Source of the DNA: Macrostomum lignano
Lineage: Eukaryota
Direction of reading: 5' to 3'
Assembly (NCBI GenBank): GCA_002269645.1
Contig: NIVC01000677.1
Coordinates: 434,001-498,000, forward strand
DNA: 64,000 nt
In this document: in pieces, positions 35,001-47,590 of the stretch
How the letters are laid out: each line of letters starts with the position of its first letter
How positions within the stretch are numbered: position 1 is the stretch's first letter
Program-made: the position numbers and the translations under genes
The notes under the pieces: model-generated
Databases searched by the model: none
What the model was told of the DNA's origin: nothing
Seen by the model: the letters and a program-made list of their open reading frames with translations, nothing else

Positions 35001-35429
35001 CTCAGAAACCTACTGAGAATTCAATTAAGAATGCTACTAAAAACTTTCTGGGAATCTCACTGAGAATCTTAATGAAAATTTGAATGAGAAAACCAATGAG
35101 AATCTCACTAAGAACCTTTTGAGGGCCATTTATGAGGATTTGACAGATCTCAATTAGGGTTAGCGAGCTTCAGAAAAAAGCAACTCAAAAAGCGTCTGAT
35201 GTAGCAAATTTTATACATAGTTTTCCCAAATCCGACAATCAAAAAACATCAAAGCTATGATAACAATTGGCCTTCAAAAGAAACCCACATCTGTTCATTT
35301 TCTGTGTTCTGGGGTCCAGTTAGTTGCGTGACGGCCAAAGCAAAGAACAGCAACAGCCGCTAGTGCCAGGCGGTCATGGGCGGGCAGATCCTTCGATTCC
35401 TTGGTCTCTGCATAATTTTTGTTTGAGTT

Positions 35430-35768
35430 TAGTCAGTCGGAGGCAGGGGAGGGCTGCGTGCACCCTGGCGCACTTTAAGCGACATTGTCACACAACCGGC
35501 GAGAGGCATTGCTGCCCATTCCACCGACTCCCCTGAGCAGGCACACAAGCGCGCGGATACGTACGCAGTCATACGCACAGGCACACACTCACACAGGAGT
35601 GTACAGCGGCCTTAACTTTATTTATAGTTGGACATGTACACTTCATTGCTTGTGCAGTGCCAAGCCGAGATTCCAATTTAGCCCCAAATTAATGTGACAG
35701 CACTTGGAATCGAGCCTGGGCCGCTGGCACATCGGAGCGCCGGGCCAGACCACTGGGCTACGGCCTCC
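35430..35768 (-). mobile_element. SINE family A, full length
   Basis: Minus strand GGAGGCCGTAGCCCAGTGG...CCAGGCTCGATTCCAAGTG head, then the same body as 22021-22380. Confidence 0.8.
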
Positions 35769-36121
35769 GTTTCTGTACAGTAACTTAAATGTTTTTAATA
35801 TACGGTAACATTTTTTGTTTTTTTTCAAGCGCCATTCGATTTTTAAAGTGTAACAGGCTTGTATTTTGTGATGGATAAATCTTATAAAATAAACTTGTAG
35901 TCTCTCGTACACGTACTCGCAACCTCCGAATACTTTTTTGACCACTTTTAATGTTAACGCACTCTGTGTGATTTTTAGAAACCTACATGTACAGATACGC
36001 TTCTATTAGTATTTTTTTAAATTTAGCACTACAGCCAATTTGTTGGCTTGGATCAGGAGCTTTGGGCGCTGCCACAGATCAAGGCGACAGCTGGCCCGCA
36101 GCCAGCGAGCAAGCAAGCAAG

Positions 36122-36262
36122 TAGTCAGGCCCATTCCGCTGGCACCTGAGCACACGCAGGCTCACGGATACGTTTGCAGGCACACGCCCACACAGGGTGT
36201 ACAGCAGCCCTGACTTTCGCATCGAAGGGCATCGTGTACACTCTCTGTGTGACTTTAGGATT
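36122..36262 (-). mobile_element. SINE family A, partial
   Basis: Reverse complement AAAGTCAGGGCTGCTGTACACCCTG...GTGTGCTCAGG...GCGGAATGGGC. Confidence 0.6.
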
Positions 36263-36280
36263 GGCCTTCATGATGTACAA

Positions 36281-36612
36281 CGAACTCAGGTTGCAAATAA
36301 CTCGGGTTGCAAAGAACTCGGGTTGCAAAGAACTCGGGTTGCAAAGAACTCGGGTTGCAAAGAACTCGGGTTGCAAAGAACTCGGGTTGCAAAGAACTCA
36401 GGTTGCAAAGAACTCGGGTTGCAAAGAACTCGGGTTGCAAAGAACTCGGGTTGCAAAGAACTCAGGTTGCAAAGAACTCGGGTTGCAAAGAACTCGGGTT
36501 GCAAAGAACTCGGGTTGCAAAGAACTCGGGTTGCAAAGAACTCGGGTTGCAACGAACTCAGGTTGCAAAGAACTCGGGTTGCAAAGAACTCGGGTTTCAA
36601 AGAACTCGGGTT
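36281..36612. repeat. 16-bp minisatellite
   Basis: Unit AACTC(G/A)GGTTGCAAAG. Confidence 0.95.
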
Positions 36613-37014
36613 AACAAAGGGCCTGTCATTTTGAGTTCGACAAAAATGTATTAGTCGGATGTCTTTGCCTTAATTTAGCTTCACTGACAGCTCTGACTCA
36701 TGAAAGTTTTTTAATCAGACTGACACATTAGAAAGTTGATTACTGTACTGAAAAAGCGTTTTAATAGTTGCCATGGAAGCTCTTATCTCAGTGTGTCGAA
36801 GCTAAACCAATTGATTTAAGTAAAGCAAAATCTAGCAGATCTCAACTTTAGGCTGCTCCGAATTTCAGATATCTTATCGCCGACTACAGGGGGGGGGGGT
36901 GGGTCAGAGACCCTCGAATTGCACTATTTAACCACTAGCGGACTGCAGCAGTACCAAAGTTAAACAAAATCTGAACCCAATAATTGCTAATTCACCCGGG
37001 AAAGATCAGCAATT

Positions 37015-37341
37015 ATGCAGTCTGCTTTGTTCAACACTCTGCTGCTCTCTCTGTGCGCTCTCTGCCTCGCTAGCAGGCCGGCTGTCGGGAAGCAGGGAGT
37101 CAACACTGACATCCAGCAGGCGGAGTCAACCTGCCTGCCAGAGATGCCACCGGGGTCTGACCCCCCTGACAGCTCGGCCCCCGACCTGCTACTGCAGATG
37201 CACCAGTGGGTGTGGATTGAGAACATGACGGATCCCAGCTGGGCGCCCAGGAGCGAGCAAAATATGCATTCATATTATTTTCTTCGTCAAGGCCAAATTG
37301 TGAACGCTTCTATTAGTTTAATTGCGCTTTCTAACAGCGTG
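37015..37341 (+). CDS. secreted glycoprotein exon 1 (signal peptide)
   Basis: MQSALFNTLLLSLCALCLA hydrophobic leader; donor GTG|GTAAGT at 37342, phase 0. Confidence 0.7.
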
Positions 37342-37399
37342 GTAAGTGTCCTTTTGATATTGGCTAATGGTTATACGCTCGTAGAAGGGGGCATAGATT

Positions 37400-37745
37400 T
37401 GACAGAGAGGCTATAGAGCCATAGGCCATAGAGGGAGAGGCCATACAGATAGAGAAACCAAAGAGATAGAGTAGCCATAGAAAAGGAGAGGCCATAGAAA
37501 AGGAGAGGCCATAGAAAAGGAGAGGCCATAGAAAAGGAGAGGCCATAGAAAAGGAGAGGCCATAGAAAAGGAGAGGCCATAGACTCATAGAGATAGTAAT
37601 AGGCCAAAGAGAGGCCATAGAGATCAGAGAGAGGGCCATATGGATTGAGAGAAGTCACAAAGCTGAACAGAGGCCATAGGGATGGAGATAGAACCCGTAG
37701 AGATAGATAGAGAGTCCATAAAGGCCATAGAGATAGGGAGACCAC
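37400..37745. repeat. 17-bp AG-rich repeat in intron
   Basis: Core unit GCCATAGAAAAGGAGAG with degenerate flanks. Confidence 0.85.
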
Positions 37746-37898
37746 AGAGAGATGCTCTATTTTCTCCTCTCTCTCTCTCTCAGCCCCCCGCCAGTCCATA
37801 AAAGGACAGTGAGGAGCAGAAATAAGAAAAGTTTCTGACCTAATCAATCAAAGTGGAAAGCATTGAATACGTATTCCAACATCCGTTTAACTTTCCAG

Positions 37899-38504
37899 TC
37901 AGTCAGAGTCGGAATTCTGACCAACGGCAAGACGTTGTGCATGTCAGCCATGACTCTCACCAGAAACGAGACCAACAATGGCACCGAGCAGAGCCTGTCC
38001 TGCAACAAGGTCTGCTTTGCCAACATTACCAGCCATGGCAAGCCCATGAATTTGCCGATTCTGGTGCGCAATCAGGAGCGGATTTTGAGAAGATTGACGG
38101 AGTACCTGGTCGTGGACAGCCTGGACCCGAGAGAGCGAGACTCGTATAAGTGTCTGGGCCTGTTCACCAACCGATTGCTCATTGATCTGCCCCGCCTCAA
38201 CAACTACCGACAGTGCCCGGCCGGCGACATGTGCCTGTTTAACTACGACGGCTCCGTGATCGATGCCGGATGCAAGAGCAGCTTCCGGTTTGACTGGTGC
38301 GTCGGCAACTTCAGCCTGTGCGACTACAGCAGCGGCCGAGACTGCCCGATCTGCTGCCGCGGCGACTACTGCAACCGGGCGGTGGCCAATGAGATCTACC
38401 GGCTGAATCGGGGCATCGCCGACTGCAGCGCCTCCTTACTGACTGTATTGACGGCCGCCGCGACGGTGCTGAGTCTGCTGCGACTGCGACAATCCGAGCT
38501 GTGA
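37899..38504 (+). CDS. exon 2: Ly6/uPAR (three-finger)-like domain plus GPI-type tail; spliced ~310 aa
   Basis: Acceptor TTTCCAG 37892-37898 in frame. Ten Cys ending CCRGDYCN, then a spacer and hydrophobic C-terminus SASLLTVLTAAATVLSLL. Several N-x-S/T sites. Confidence 0.8.
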   Translation, partial: SVRVGILTNGKTLCMSAMTLTRNETNNGTEQSLSCNKVCFANITSHGKPMNLPILVRNQERILRRLTEYLVVDSLDPRERDSYKCLGLFTNRLLIDLPRLNNYRQCPAGDMCLFNYDGSVIDAGCKSSFRFDWCVGNFSLCDYSSGRDCPICCRGDYCNRAVANEIYRLNRGIADCSASLLTVLTAAATVLSLLRLRQSEL

Positions 38505-39371
38505 CCCACTGGATCCAAGGATTCTTCTTTGGGAAACTCGTGTTTGGCTAATTTATGCCGTTTGACGCGACGTGTGCAAAATTCTTTTATTTAAAAAGGC
38601 CCTTCTTTGAAAGTCTGGAATCAGAATACTTTTTATAAATCCATAGACATGCTGTTTCTTAAATAATAAAATTTTATATGCAAAAAATCTGGTTGCAAAA
38701 GCTTCTTAGATAGGACTTGACGATATAATTTGTTTGTTTGTTGTGGTGAAAGTCAGGTGTGGAGGCACACTCAGTCTCAGGTGTGTGCGTGTGTGCGTGT
38801 GTGTGTGTGTGTGCATCTTCCCTGACTTTCTCAGCCTCAAATGGTGCACATGATTCGCGCCTGACGAAGGCTGGTCCTCATAAGTATCCTTTGTAAATCC
38901 CCAAGCACAACCCACATGCCTTCATTCTAAATCAATGTGACCGCACCCAAGGAATCGAACTCAAGAGCTTTGATGCAAACTTCACTCTTGCCTCATCCGC
39001 TTGTGTGCTAGGCGTCGAGCTGTAGCAATGCACAACTCTTGTTTTTGTCTAACTACGGCATCAATACGAGCTGGATGTGTAAGAAGACACTGACTCCGTC
39101 TTATCGCTATATTCCCTTTTGTGATGCCTCTGTAGTCTTATCCTTATCCGCATTGTCCTTTGAAGCTGCGGCTGTGTCGCGTGCCTCGTACGCCACTCAC
39201 TGACACACACAGTGTAGTAGATGAGAAATATTCGAGTTGACTGCGGGGCATGATGCTGGCTCAATGAAAGGCTGCTATGGATGCAGTATGCATCGCTTTT
39301 TGGCGATCTAACAAAACCAGACTTCATATGCTGCCCATACAAACCAGCACGAGAGATGTTTAGAAAGCATG

Positions 39372-39667
39372 GCCATAGACTACGCCCGTATAAGCCATAG
39401 ACTACGCCCGTATAAGCCATAGACTACGCCCGTATAAGCCATAGACTACGCCCGTATAAGCCATAGACTACGCCCGTATAAGCCATAGACTACGCCCGTA
39501 TAAGCCATAGACTACGTCCGTATAAGCCATTGACTAGGCCCGTGTAAGCCATTGACTACGCCCGTGTAAGCCATTGACTACGCCCGTGTAAGCCATTGAC
39601 TACGCCCGTGTAAGCAATAGACTACGCCCGTATAAGCCATGGACTACGCCCGTATAAGCCATGGACT
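39372..39667. repeat. 22-bp minisatellite (~13 copies)
   Basis: Unit GCCAT(A/T)GACTACGCCCGT(A/G)TAA. Confidence 0.95.
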
Positions 39668-40792
39668 ATACGACGTAAATGGAGAATCAAACTGAGCCGC
39701 AGCCTTTCAATACAAGAACGAGTCCCTCAGCCTGTCTCTATTTCAATCTGAAGCATGTGAGCTTCAATTGCACACTGACACTGTTATGGCTCCACCGATT
39801 CCAACAGAAGACCACCAACACCAAATCAACCAGTCAATATCGGATCATCATTTCTAGCTAAACGCAAATATATGAGTTTCTTTCCATTCAGTCTCGTTCT
39901 GGTTTGTATGGGGAGCATATGAAGTCTCATTTAGGTTGGCAAAAGCGATACTATTCCTTGATATCTGCTCTGAATGGTTGGAGTATTAGCTTGCAATCTT
40001 GGATCTTGAGCAGTGCCCCCAAGCCACACTAAATAGCCGCTTGTTATCGATTAGAAACTGGACACTTGACAACAGATATATGGGTATTGTTTGTATAAGA
40101 TATTCGAGAACCCCCTCCAAGGTTTCTGCTAAGCTGCCCTTGGTTAATTTTTTTTCTTTTCCCCAGATGGCACTACAACACAAAATGTGCTTTTTACTTT
40201 ACTAGTTCCTACTCTGCATCTTCAGCTAGAGATGTCGCTAACTCAGTACAAGCTAACGCATTTTCCGCTAGTGGCGTAAGTTAAGAAGACTTGACCATGG
40301 TTAGTACGCATCTGAATACGTTTGAGCGAGCAATAAAGCTGAGCTGAAATACAATGTTGCAGCTGCAACCCCCAAGCTTGTCAGACACATTTCAACATCT
40401 AAATTTCTTAGACTTTTTTTCACAGCACAGCCCAAACAATTGACTTTCCACACACAGTTGAATAAACTTTTGCGACTTTTGCAAAACATGCTTTATGATG
40501 AATTTCAGTTCTTTAAGTTTTGCAGCAGAGCGGGCGTACCGGATGTGGTGGAACGAAAAAGAGACGGAGTCAGCATCAATCAGAAAGACTTCGATCTCCA
40601 GCATGGGTGGGCGGTCCGATTTTGCCTCTGCGGTCCGAAAGCCACCGAGTCCAACTAATGGAATGCACTTTTAATGTTGCGTTTTTTCTCACGGCCGTCT
40701 GTGATCTGTCATTCATGGGCGTCTTACAGAAATTTTTGTCAGCTGAAGGGTTTTAGCAGAGGGTAGAGGCGACAAGATTAGAAGAGAACAAT

Positions 40793-41093
40793 GGAGGAGA
40801 GAGGAGAGGAGAGGAGAGGAGAGGAGAGGAGAGGAGAGGAGAGGAGAGGAGAGGAGAGGAGAGGAGAGGAGAGGAGAGGAGAGGAGAGGAGAGGAGAGGA
40901 GAGGAGAGGAGAGGAGAGGAGAGGAGAGGAGAGGAGAGGAGAGGAGAGGAGAGGAGAGGAGAGGAGAGGAGAGGAGAGGAGAGGAGAGGAGAGGAGAGGA
41001 GAGGAGAGGAGAGGAGAGGAGAGGAGAGGAGAGGAGAGGAGAGGAGAGGAGAGGAGAGGAGAGGAGAGGAGAGGAGAGGAGAGGAGGAGAGGC
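40793..41093. repeat. (GGAGA)n pentanucleotide microsatellite, ~300 bp
   Basis: Essentially perfect GAGGA repeat. Confidence 0.97.
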
Positions 41094-41615
41094 GAGAATG
41101 ACTAAGCAGCGAAAGCCAAGTGAAAAGCAACTCTTGCTGCCCCTTTTGGCCAAGAGAAACATGCTGTCCGACTGGAACTGCAGCCGCCCCGAATCGGCAG
41201 CGCTATTGCAAACATGCTATCCATGCTATCGAATTCCGTCATTCGCAGGCCCCGGGGGGCGGAGAGGAAATTAGCGAGATGTGCTTCATACGCAGTCACT
41301 TCGCAAAAAATAAGGAATGGACAACAAACCAGAAGAGAGGGAGGCGGAAACCTAAACAGTAAGTAATGAAAGCGGGGCACATCCGTGTCTGCATGTTTGC
41401 CCAATGCAGAACTATTCTTGTTTTTTTCCAAGGCTTTTTGAAACGAAAGGCCAGAAAACAGCTGTGACAGTCTTCCATCTTTTGTCTGGCTTTGGATTCT
41501 AATATAAGGAGTCTGGGTGAGCGATTTACCTTTTTTGCAAATTCAGTTGCGGTAAAGTACAAATTTATCTAAGCAATATCTGATATGGGATTCGTGTCTT
41601 GTAGTAGCCTTAAGA

Positions 41616-42072
41616 ATGGAGAAGCAGATTCAGGCAATGAAGCAGTGGAGAGGCAGATTCAAGCAATGGAGCAGCGGAGAAGCAGATTCAATCAATGAAG
41701 CAGCGGAGAAGCAGATTCAAGCAATGGAGCAGCGGAGAAGCAGATTCAAGCAATGGAGCAGCGGAGAAGCAGATTCAAGCAATGGAGCAGCGGAGAAGCA
41801 GATTCAAGCAATGGAGCAGCGGAGAAGCAGATTCAAGCAATGAAGCAGCGGAGAAGCAGATTCAAGCAATGGAGCAGCGGAGAAGCAGATTCAAGCAATG
41901 GAGCAGCGGAGAAGCAGATTCAATCAATGGAGCAGCGGAGAAGCAGATTCAAGCAATGAAGCAGCGGAGAAGCAGATTCAAGCAATGGAGCAGCGGAGAA
42001 GCAGATTCAAGCAATGGAGCAGCGGAGAAGCAGATTCAAGCAATGAAGCAGCGGAGAAGCAGATTCAAGCAA
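41616..42072. repeat. 29-bp minisatellite
   Basis: Unit GCAGATTCAAGCAATG(G/A)AGCAGCGGAGAA. Confidence 0.95.
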
Positions 42073-42806
42073 AGGCCAACTTTCAAGCGCAACTGATGCC
42101 GTGGACTGTCAGTTTCTTTTTTAGTATTTTTACCGACAAGATTTGATAATACTGGCTTTCCATCAGCTTTCTATTGAAGTACTTTCGCGTGCAGATGCCT
42201 GTTCAGTAGCAAAATAATTCCCAGGAAGTACTCTAGAAGCAGATTCAGTCGTGACACGGACGTTTCAGACCTTCAGTAGGTGAGTTTCCGATTGAAGTAA
42301 AAAAGGATTGATCTCATTTTCCAATCTCTCATATAGCGACTTCAAGAAGACAGGAGAAATTCACAGCAGTTTTGCAAGCAAAATTAAAGACTCGCTGTGT
42401 GACAAATATAGCCCAGAAATGTAACTAAACAATGCCTATTAATCTCTTCTTTGAAGCAGAAAGCCAGACAGAAACTCTCTGCCGCTGCGCTGTTCAAGCA
42501 AAAAGCAACTCTCTTCAATTGAGGCCAAACTGAAGCCAGCTCAGCACAAAGAGATTTAAAAAGGTAAAGAGCAGATGAAAACGTGTCACCCGGAAGTTCC
42601 TCGAGGCAGTTAGGGACTGCAGTGCACTCCCCGCAGCCTTTGCTTCCGCTTGTTGGCTCCGCTCTCCCCCTCCCTTACATCCGCCGTGTTGTAAATCTTC
42701 ACTTTGGAAACGATTTCCATGCTGCCAGTTTCTCCCAGGCTTTACTGATCTCCCGGCTCTCGTTGACAGGCGAGGAAGGCTGCCATTTTTTGTACGACGC
42801 GTTCAG

Positions 42807-42880
42807 CCAATCCGTCGCTGTCCAATGAGAGGCTCCAGCCAGACCAGATCTTCGTCAAGTTCTTCGAAGCCAGATATAAA
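42807..42880 (+). promoter_or_regulatory. candidate GPCR promoter (two CCAAT boxes and TATAAA)
   Basis: CCAAT at 42807-42811 and 42822-42826, TATAAA at 42875-42880, about 100 bp before the ATG. Motif-only evidence. Confidence 0.25.
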
Positions 42881-42981
42881 CTCTCGTACTCCCGTTCGAA
42901 TTCGCAGCTCAGCAATAATTTTATAATATTCCCTAATAGTCACATGCATCACTGATCCTCAGATCCCGCCGCGCTGCCGCC

Positions 42982-43532
42982 ATGAAAACGGACTCATCTG
43001 AGTCGGCCTGGCTGCTCGAGTTCGCCTGGTACGCAGCCATGATTCCGGCGTGTGCGGCAGCCACCGCGGCCTTCGCATTCGCCGCCTGCGTGTTCTACCA
43101 GCTGGGCCGCCGGTCAGCGGACGACCGGCTTGGCGCACTGCGCGGCTTCTGCGTCCTGCTGGCCACGGAGACGCTGGTCTGCGCCAGCGCCGGCGTCTGC
43201 CTTGTCTTCAAGCTTCAACTGCTGCTGCTGGTCAGGCCGATCGCCATCTCCGAGGACAGATCGGCCATCAGCGGAAATTCGACAATTGTGACGACGCAAA
43301 CGCCGCCGTTGCACAGCGTGCAGCATCACATCTCCCCCATCCCGCTGCTTGTGTCCTTCTACCTGACCAACTACCTGCTGTTCGTGCGCAATTATTGCAT
43401 AGTGGCCAAGACCAGCCTGGCCCTGCATCACGTGGCCGCGCCGATCACCGCTCGAGTTCGATTAACGAAAACTCGAGTACTGATGGCTTACCTGGCCTGC
43501 TATGCGCTGGCGCTGGCGCCTGTGTGCGCCCG
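42982..43532 (+). CDS. rhodopsin-class GPCR exon 1 (TM1-TM4)
   Basis: Four hydrophobic segments; TM3/ICL2 RNYCIVAKTSLALHHVAAPITAR. Donor CG|GTGAGA at 43533, phase 2. Confidence 0.75.
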
Positions 43533-43646
43533 GTGAGATTCGGTTTCTGGTAGAGTTGCACTGGGCGATGACCATTATAGGCTGGTGGTAGTCTTATGCA
43601 GTACTTCAGATTCTTTTGGTGTGATTAAGGCCTCATTTCAGTCAGT

Positions 43647-43930
43647 CTCGGGGTTGTAGTCTAGTGATTAGAACGTCGGACTCACAACTTGAAGGTCGGG
43701 GGTTCGATTCTCGTCCCACTCGGAACAATTTGTGTTCTTGAGCAAGACAATTAACTCCGCATTGCTTCAGTTCACCCAGCTGTAAAATGGGTGCCAGCTT
43801 TAGGTGGGGTAATTGAGGCTGTGTGTGGCGACCCCCCATGCAGTCCTTGGATTGAACAGCCGTACGCAGCCTTCAGATGCGCCGCGCAATAGCTGCGGCT
43901 GAGCTGTCGGTTGCACATCTGCCCATTAGG
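43647..43930 (+). mobile_element. CORE-like tRNA-SINE, family B
   Basis: tRNA-like head GGGTTGTAGTCTAGTG...GGGGTTCGATTC, then TTGAGCAAGACAATTAACTCCGCATTGCTTCAGTTCACCCAGCTGTAAAATGGG, then ATT-rich tail. Confidence 0.8.
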
Positions 43931-45004
43931 GCAATTATTCAGTCAATTATTATTATTAGTATATTGAGTCAGTCAACAGGATCTTTAGATGTCAGCGTAA
44001 ACTCTACCGCACAAAGGACACTCAATCATTCTCATGGTCAGGCATGCACAAACTCAGGGAACTCAGCTGAGCAGTTCTTGGTTTCTGAGGTCTTTTGGTG
44101 CCGGTGCAAATTTATCGGTCGGTGATGACATTGCTTGACTTCTGTGCCACGGGGGCGGTGGGGAGATGGGATGTGAACTGCTGTCTGCCTTGACGGTTGG
44201 CCGAAATTGATGGGTGGCTTGCTGTTGCCTACAGAATAGCCACCTCTATGCTGCGCTAATTAGGGCAATACGAAATTTTGCTTTCTAAGAAAAATCGCAT
44301 CCTGCCTCGGAGACAGACGGACAAGGGAATAAGTATCATCTTCATGCGTGCGCACGGATGCGAGGCAGAAAGTCAGGGGAAGCGACTTGAGGAAGCGGAC
44401 AGCCGGGAAGAGGTCAGCGCAGGACTTTGGCAATGAAGATTTTCTTGAATTCAAATGCGAAGTCCAGCTCGGAGGTTGGGACTTTTTCAGGACCGTGCTT
44501 CATCCTCTCTCTAGATGCCTACTCGGCTTCGATAATCCCCCATCTCCCATGGAGTTGTAACTCCCCTGGGCCAGGAGGGGAAGCGGATGAGCAGACAAAC
44601 CATTTTCCCCCAGTGTCGAAGTGTCCGTCATCAGTTTATTATTCTCGCATCAATAAGCCCTGAGGGCGGAGGTCAGAGGGATCAGTAGGGCTTAATCTGC
44701 TATGCTAATGCGATTCCCTGAGCTGACTGGAGCCTCGATATTGAGTTGTCTTAAAGACAGGCCCATTGCAGCATTTCAAGTGATGGACAGGGTGACGAGG
44801 CGTTGCGAGTGAATTTTAATGTGGTATGTTTTTTTCAACTTTCGCGATTCAATTAGTTAAGGCGCGACACGTCAGCTCAGAGCGGAGCTGCTCGGCAGCC
44901 CGTCTTTGACAATAGCAGCAATGCCAGATTGTTTGGCATAAATTAATACTTTGGTTTCAGTTAAGCGTATTCTGCTCAGCAGTGACCGCTATTTTACCCT
45001 GGTA

Positions 45005-46460
45005 AATCTCCCAGTAGATGTAGGAGTAGAACTCAGATCTCCCTGTAGATGTAGGAGTAGAACTCAGATCTCCCTGTAGATGTAGGAGTAGAACTCAGAT
45101 CTCCCTGTAGATGTAGGAGTAGAACGCAGATCTCCCTGTAGATGTAGGAGTAGAACGCAGATCTCCCTGTAGATGTAGGAGTAGAACTCAGATCTCCCTG
45201 TAGATGTAGGAGTAGAACGCAGATCTCCCTGTAGATGTAGGAGTAGAACTCAGATCTCCCAGTAGATGTAGGAGTAGAACTCAGATCTCCCCGTAGATGT
45301 AGGAGTAGAACTCAGATCTCCCAGTGGATGTATGGATGTAGGAGTAGAACTCAGATCTCCCCTAGATGTAGGAGTAGAACTCAGATCTCCCTGTAGATGT
45401 AGGAGTAGAACTCAGATCTCCCTGTAGATGTAGGAGTAGAACTCAGATCTCCCTGTAGATGTAGGAGTAGAACGCAGATCTCCCTGTAGATGTAGGAGTA
45501 GAACTCAGATCTCCCAGTAGATGTAGGAGTAGAACTCAGATCTCCCCGTAGATGTAGGAGTAGAACTCAGATCTCCCAGTGGATGTATGGATGTAGGAGT
45601 AGAACTCAGATCTCCCCCTAGATGTAGGAGTAGAACTCAGATCTCCCTGTAGATGTAGGAGTAGAACTCAGATCTCCCTGTAGATGTAGGAGTAGAACTC
45701 AGATCTCCCTGTAGATGTAGGAGTAGAACTCAGATCTCCCAGTAGATGTAGGAGTAGAACTCAGATCTCCCAGTAGATGTAGGAGTAGAACTCAGATCTC
45801 CCTGTAGATGTAGGAGTAGAACTCAGATCTCCCTGTAGATGTAGGAGTAGAACTCAGATCTCCCTGTAGATGTAGGAGTAGAACTCAGATCTCCCAGTAG
45901 ATGTAGGAGTAGAACTCAGATCTCCCTGTAGATGTAGGAGTGGAACGCAGATCTCCCAGTAGATGTAGGAGTAGAACGCAGATCTCCCTGTAGATGTAGG
46001 AGTAGAACGCAGATCTCCCTGTAGATGTAGGAGTAGAACGCAGATCTCCCTGTAGATGAAGGAGTAGAACTCAGATCTCCCAGTAGATGTAGGAGTAGAA
46101 CGCAGATCTCCCTGTAGATGTAGGAGTAGAACTCAGATCTCCCTGTAGATGTAGGAGTAGAACTCAGATCTCCCAGTAGATGTAGCAGTAGAACTCAGAT
46201 CTCCCTGTAGATGTAGGAGTAGAACGCAGATCTCCCTGTAGATGTAAGAGTGGAACGCAGATCTCCCTGTAGATGTAGGAGTAGAACTCAGATCTCCCAG
46301 TAGATGTAGCAGTAGAACTCAGATCTCCCTGTAGATGTAGGAGTAGAACGCAGATCTCCCTGTAGATGTAAGAGTGGAACGCAGATCTCCCTGTAGATGT
46401 AGGAGTAGAACTCAGATCTCCCAGTAGATGTAGGAGTGGAACGCAGATCTCCCTTAGATG
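45005..46460. repeat. 31-bp minisatellite (~47 copies) in GPCR intron
   Basis: Unit AGATCTCCC(T/A)GTAGATGTAGGAGTAGAAC(T/G)C. Confidence 0.96.
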
Positions 46461-46914
46461 TGGCAATGGACTTCAAGTACCTTTGGGAAGAATAAAAAAG
46501 GATAATTAGAAATATCAATTTTAGGAAATAGAAATGGAGCCAAGAAAATAGAAAAAAACAGTTTTTACTGGCACAGGTAAGATAAACTGACCAGATAAAA
46601 ACCATTAAAGTTATAGAAAATTCATGTCTGCAATCAAAGTTTCTGAATTCTGAAGCTACGTCGTAAATTCAGTTTTGGATTACATGCAGATGGACCAACT
46701 GCCAAAAAAGGTCGTCAATGGACTTTGAAACGCAGTCCCCATGCGGATTCTAAAGAGAAGTTCCCCTTCGCTTGACGCTGATTGATTTAGTTGGCCAGCA
46801 GAATTAATTATGCAACGCGTCCACACTTGACTGTGCCAGTAAAGTTTCTGCGAATAGTTTGCATTTTTCGTTAGTAAATACAGACTCTAGTGTGGCCTTA
46901 TACTTTTTAACTTT

Positions 46915-47590
46915 AACTCTAGTATCAGGTTTGAGTCAGTATCAGAGCTCTAGTATCAGGTTTGAGTCAGTATCAGAGCTCTAGTATCAGGTTTGAGTCA
47001 GTATCAGAGCTCTAGTATCAGGTTTGAGTCAGTATCAGAGCTCTAGTATCAGGTTTGAGTCAGTATCAGAGCTCTAGTAGATTTGAGTCAGTATCAGAGC
47101 TCTAGTATCAGGTTTGAGTCAATATCAGAGCTCTAGTAGATTTGAGTCAATATCAGAGCTCTAGTAGATTTGAGTCAATATCAGAGCTCTAGTAGATTTG
47201 AGTCAATATCAGAGCTCTAGTAGGTTTGAGTCAATATCAGAGCTCTAGTATCAGGTTTGAGTCAATATCAGAGCTCTAGTGTCAGGTTTGAGTCAATATC
47301 AGAGCTCTAGTATCAGGTTTGAGTCAATATCAGAGCTCTAGTGTCAGGTTTGAGTCAATATCAGAGCTCTAGTATCAGGTTTGAGTCAGTATCAGAGCTC
47401 TAGTGTCAGGTTTGAGTCGATATCAGAGCTCTAGTGTCAGGTTTGAGTCGGTATCAGAGCTCTAGTGTCAGGTTTGAGTCAATATCAGAGCTCTAGTGTC
47501 AGGTTTGAGTCGGTATCAGAGCTCTAGTATCAGGTTTGAGTCAATATCAGAGCTCTAGTGTCAGGTTTGAGTCGGTATCAGAGCTCTAGT
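46915..47590. repeat. second 31-bp minisatellite in GPCR intron
   Basis: Unit CTCTAGT(A/G)TCAGGTTTGAGTC(A/G)(G/A)TATCAGAG, with 28-bp variants. Confidence 0.95.

Noticed and set aside
40290-40760. Overlapping 60-80 aa ORFs
   Set aside because: No domain, codon bias or splice support.
44200-44900. Possible LINE endonuclease relic (GDY.SRVG-like and NEDFLEF-like peptides)
   Set aside because: The fragments are on opposite strands and too short to be meaningful.
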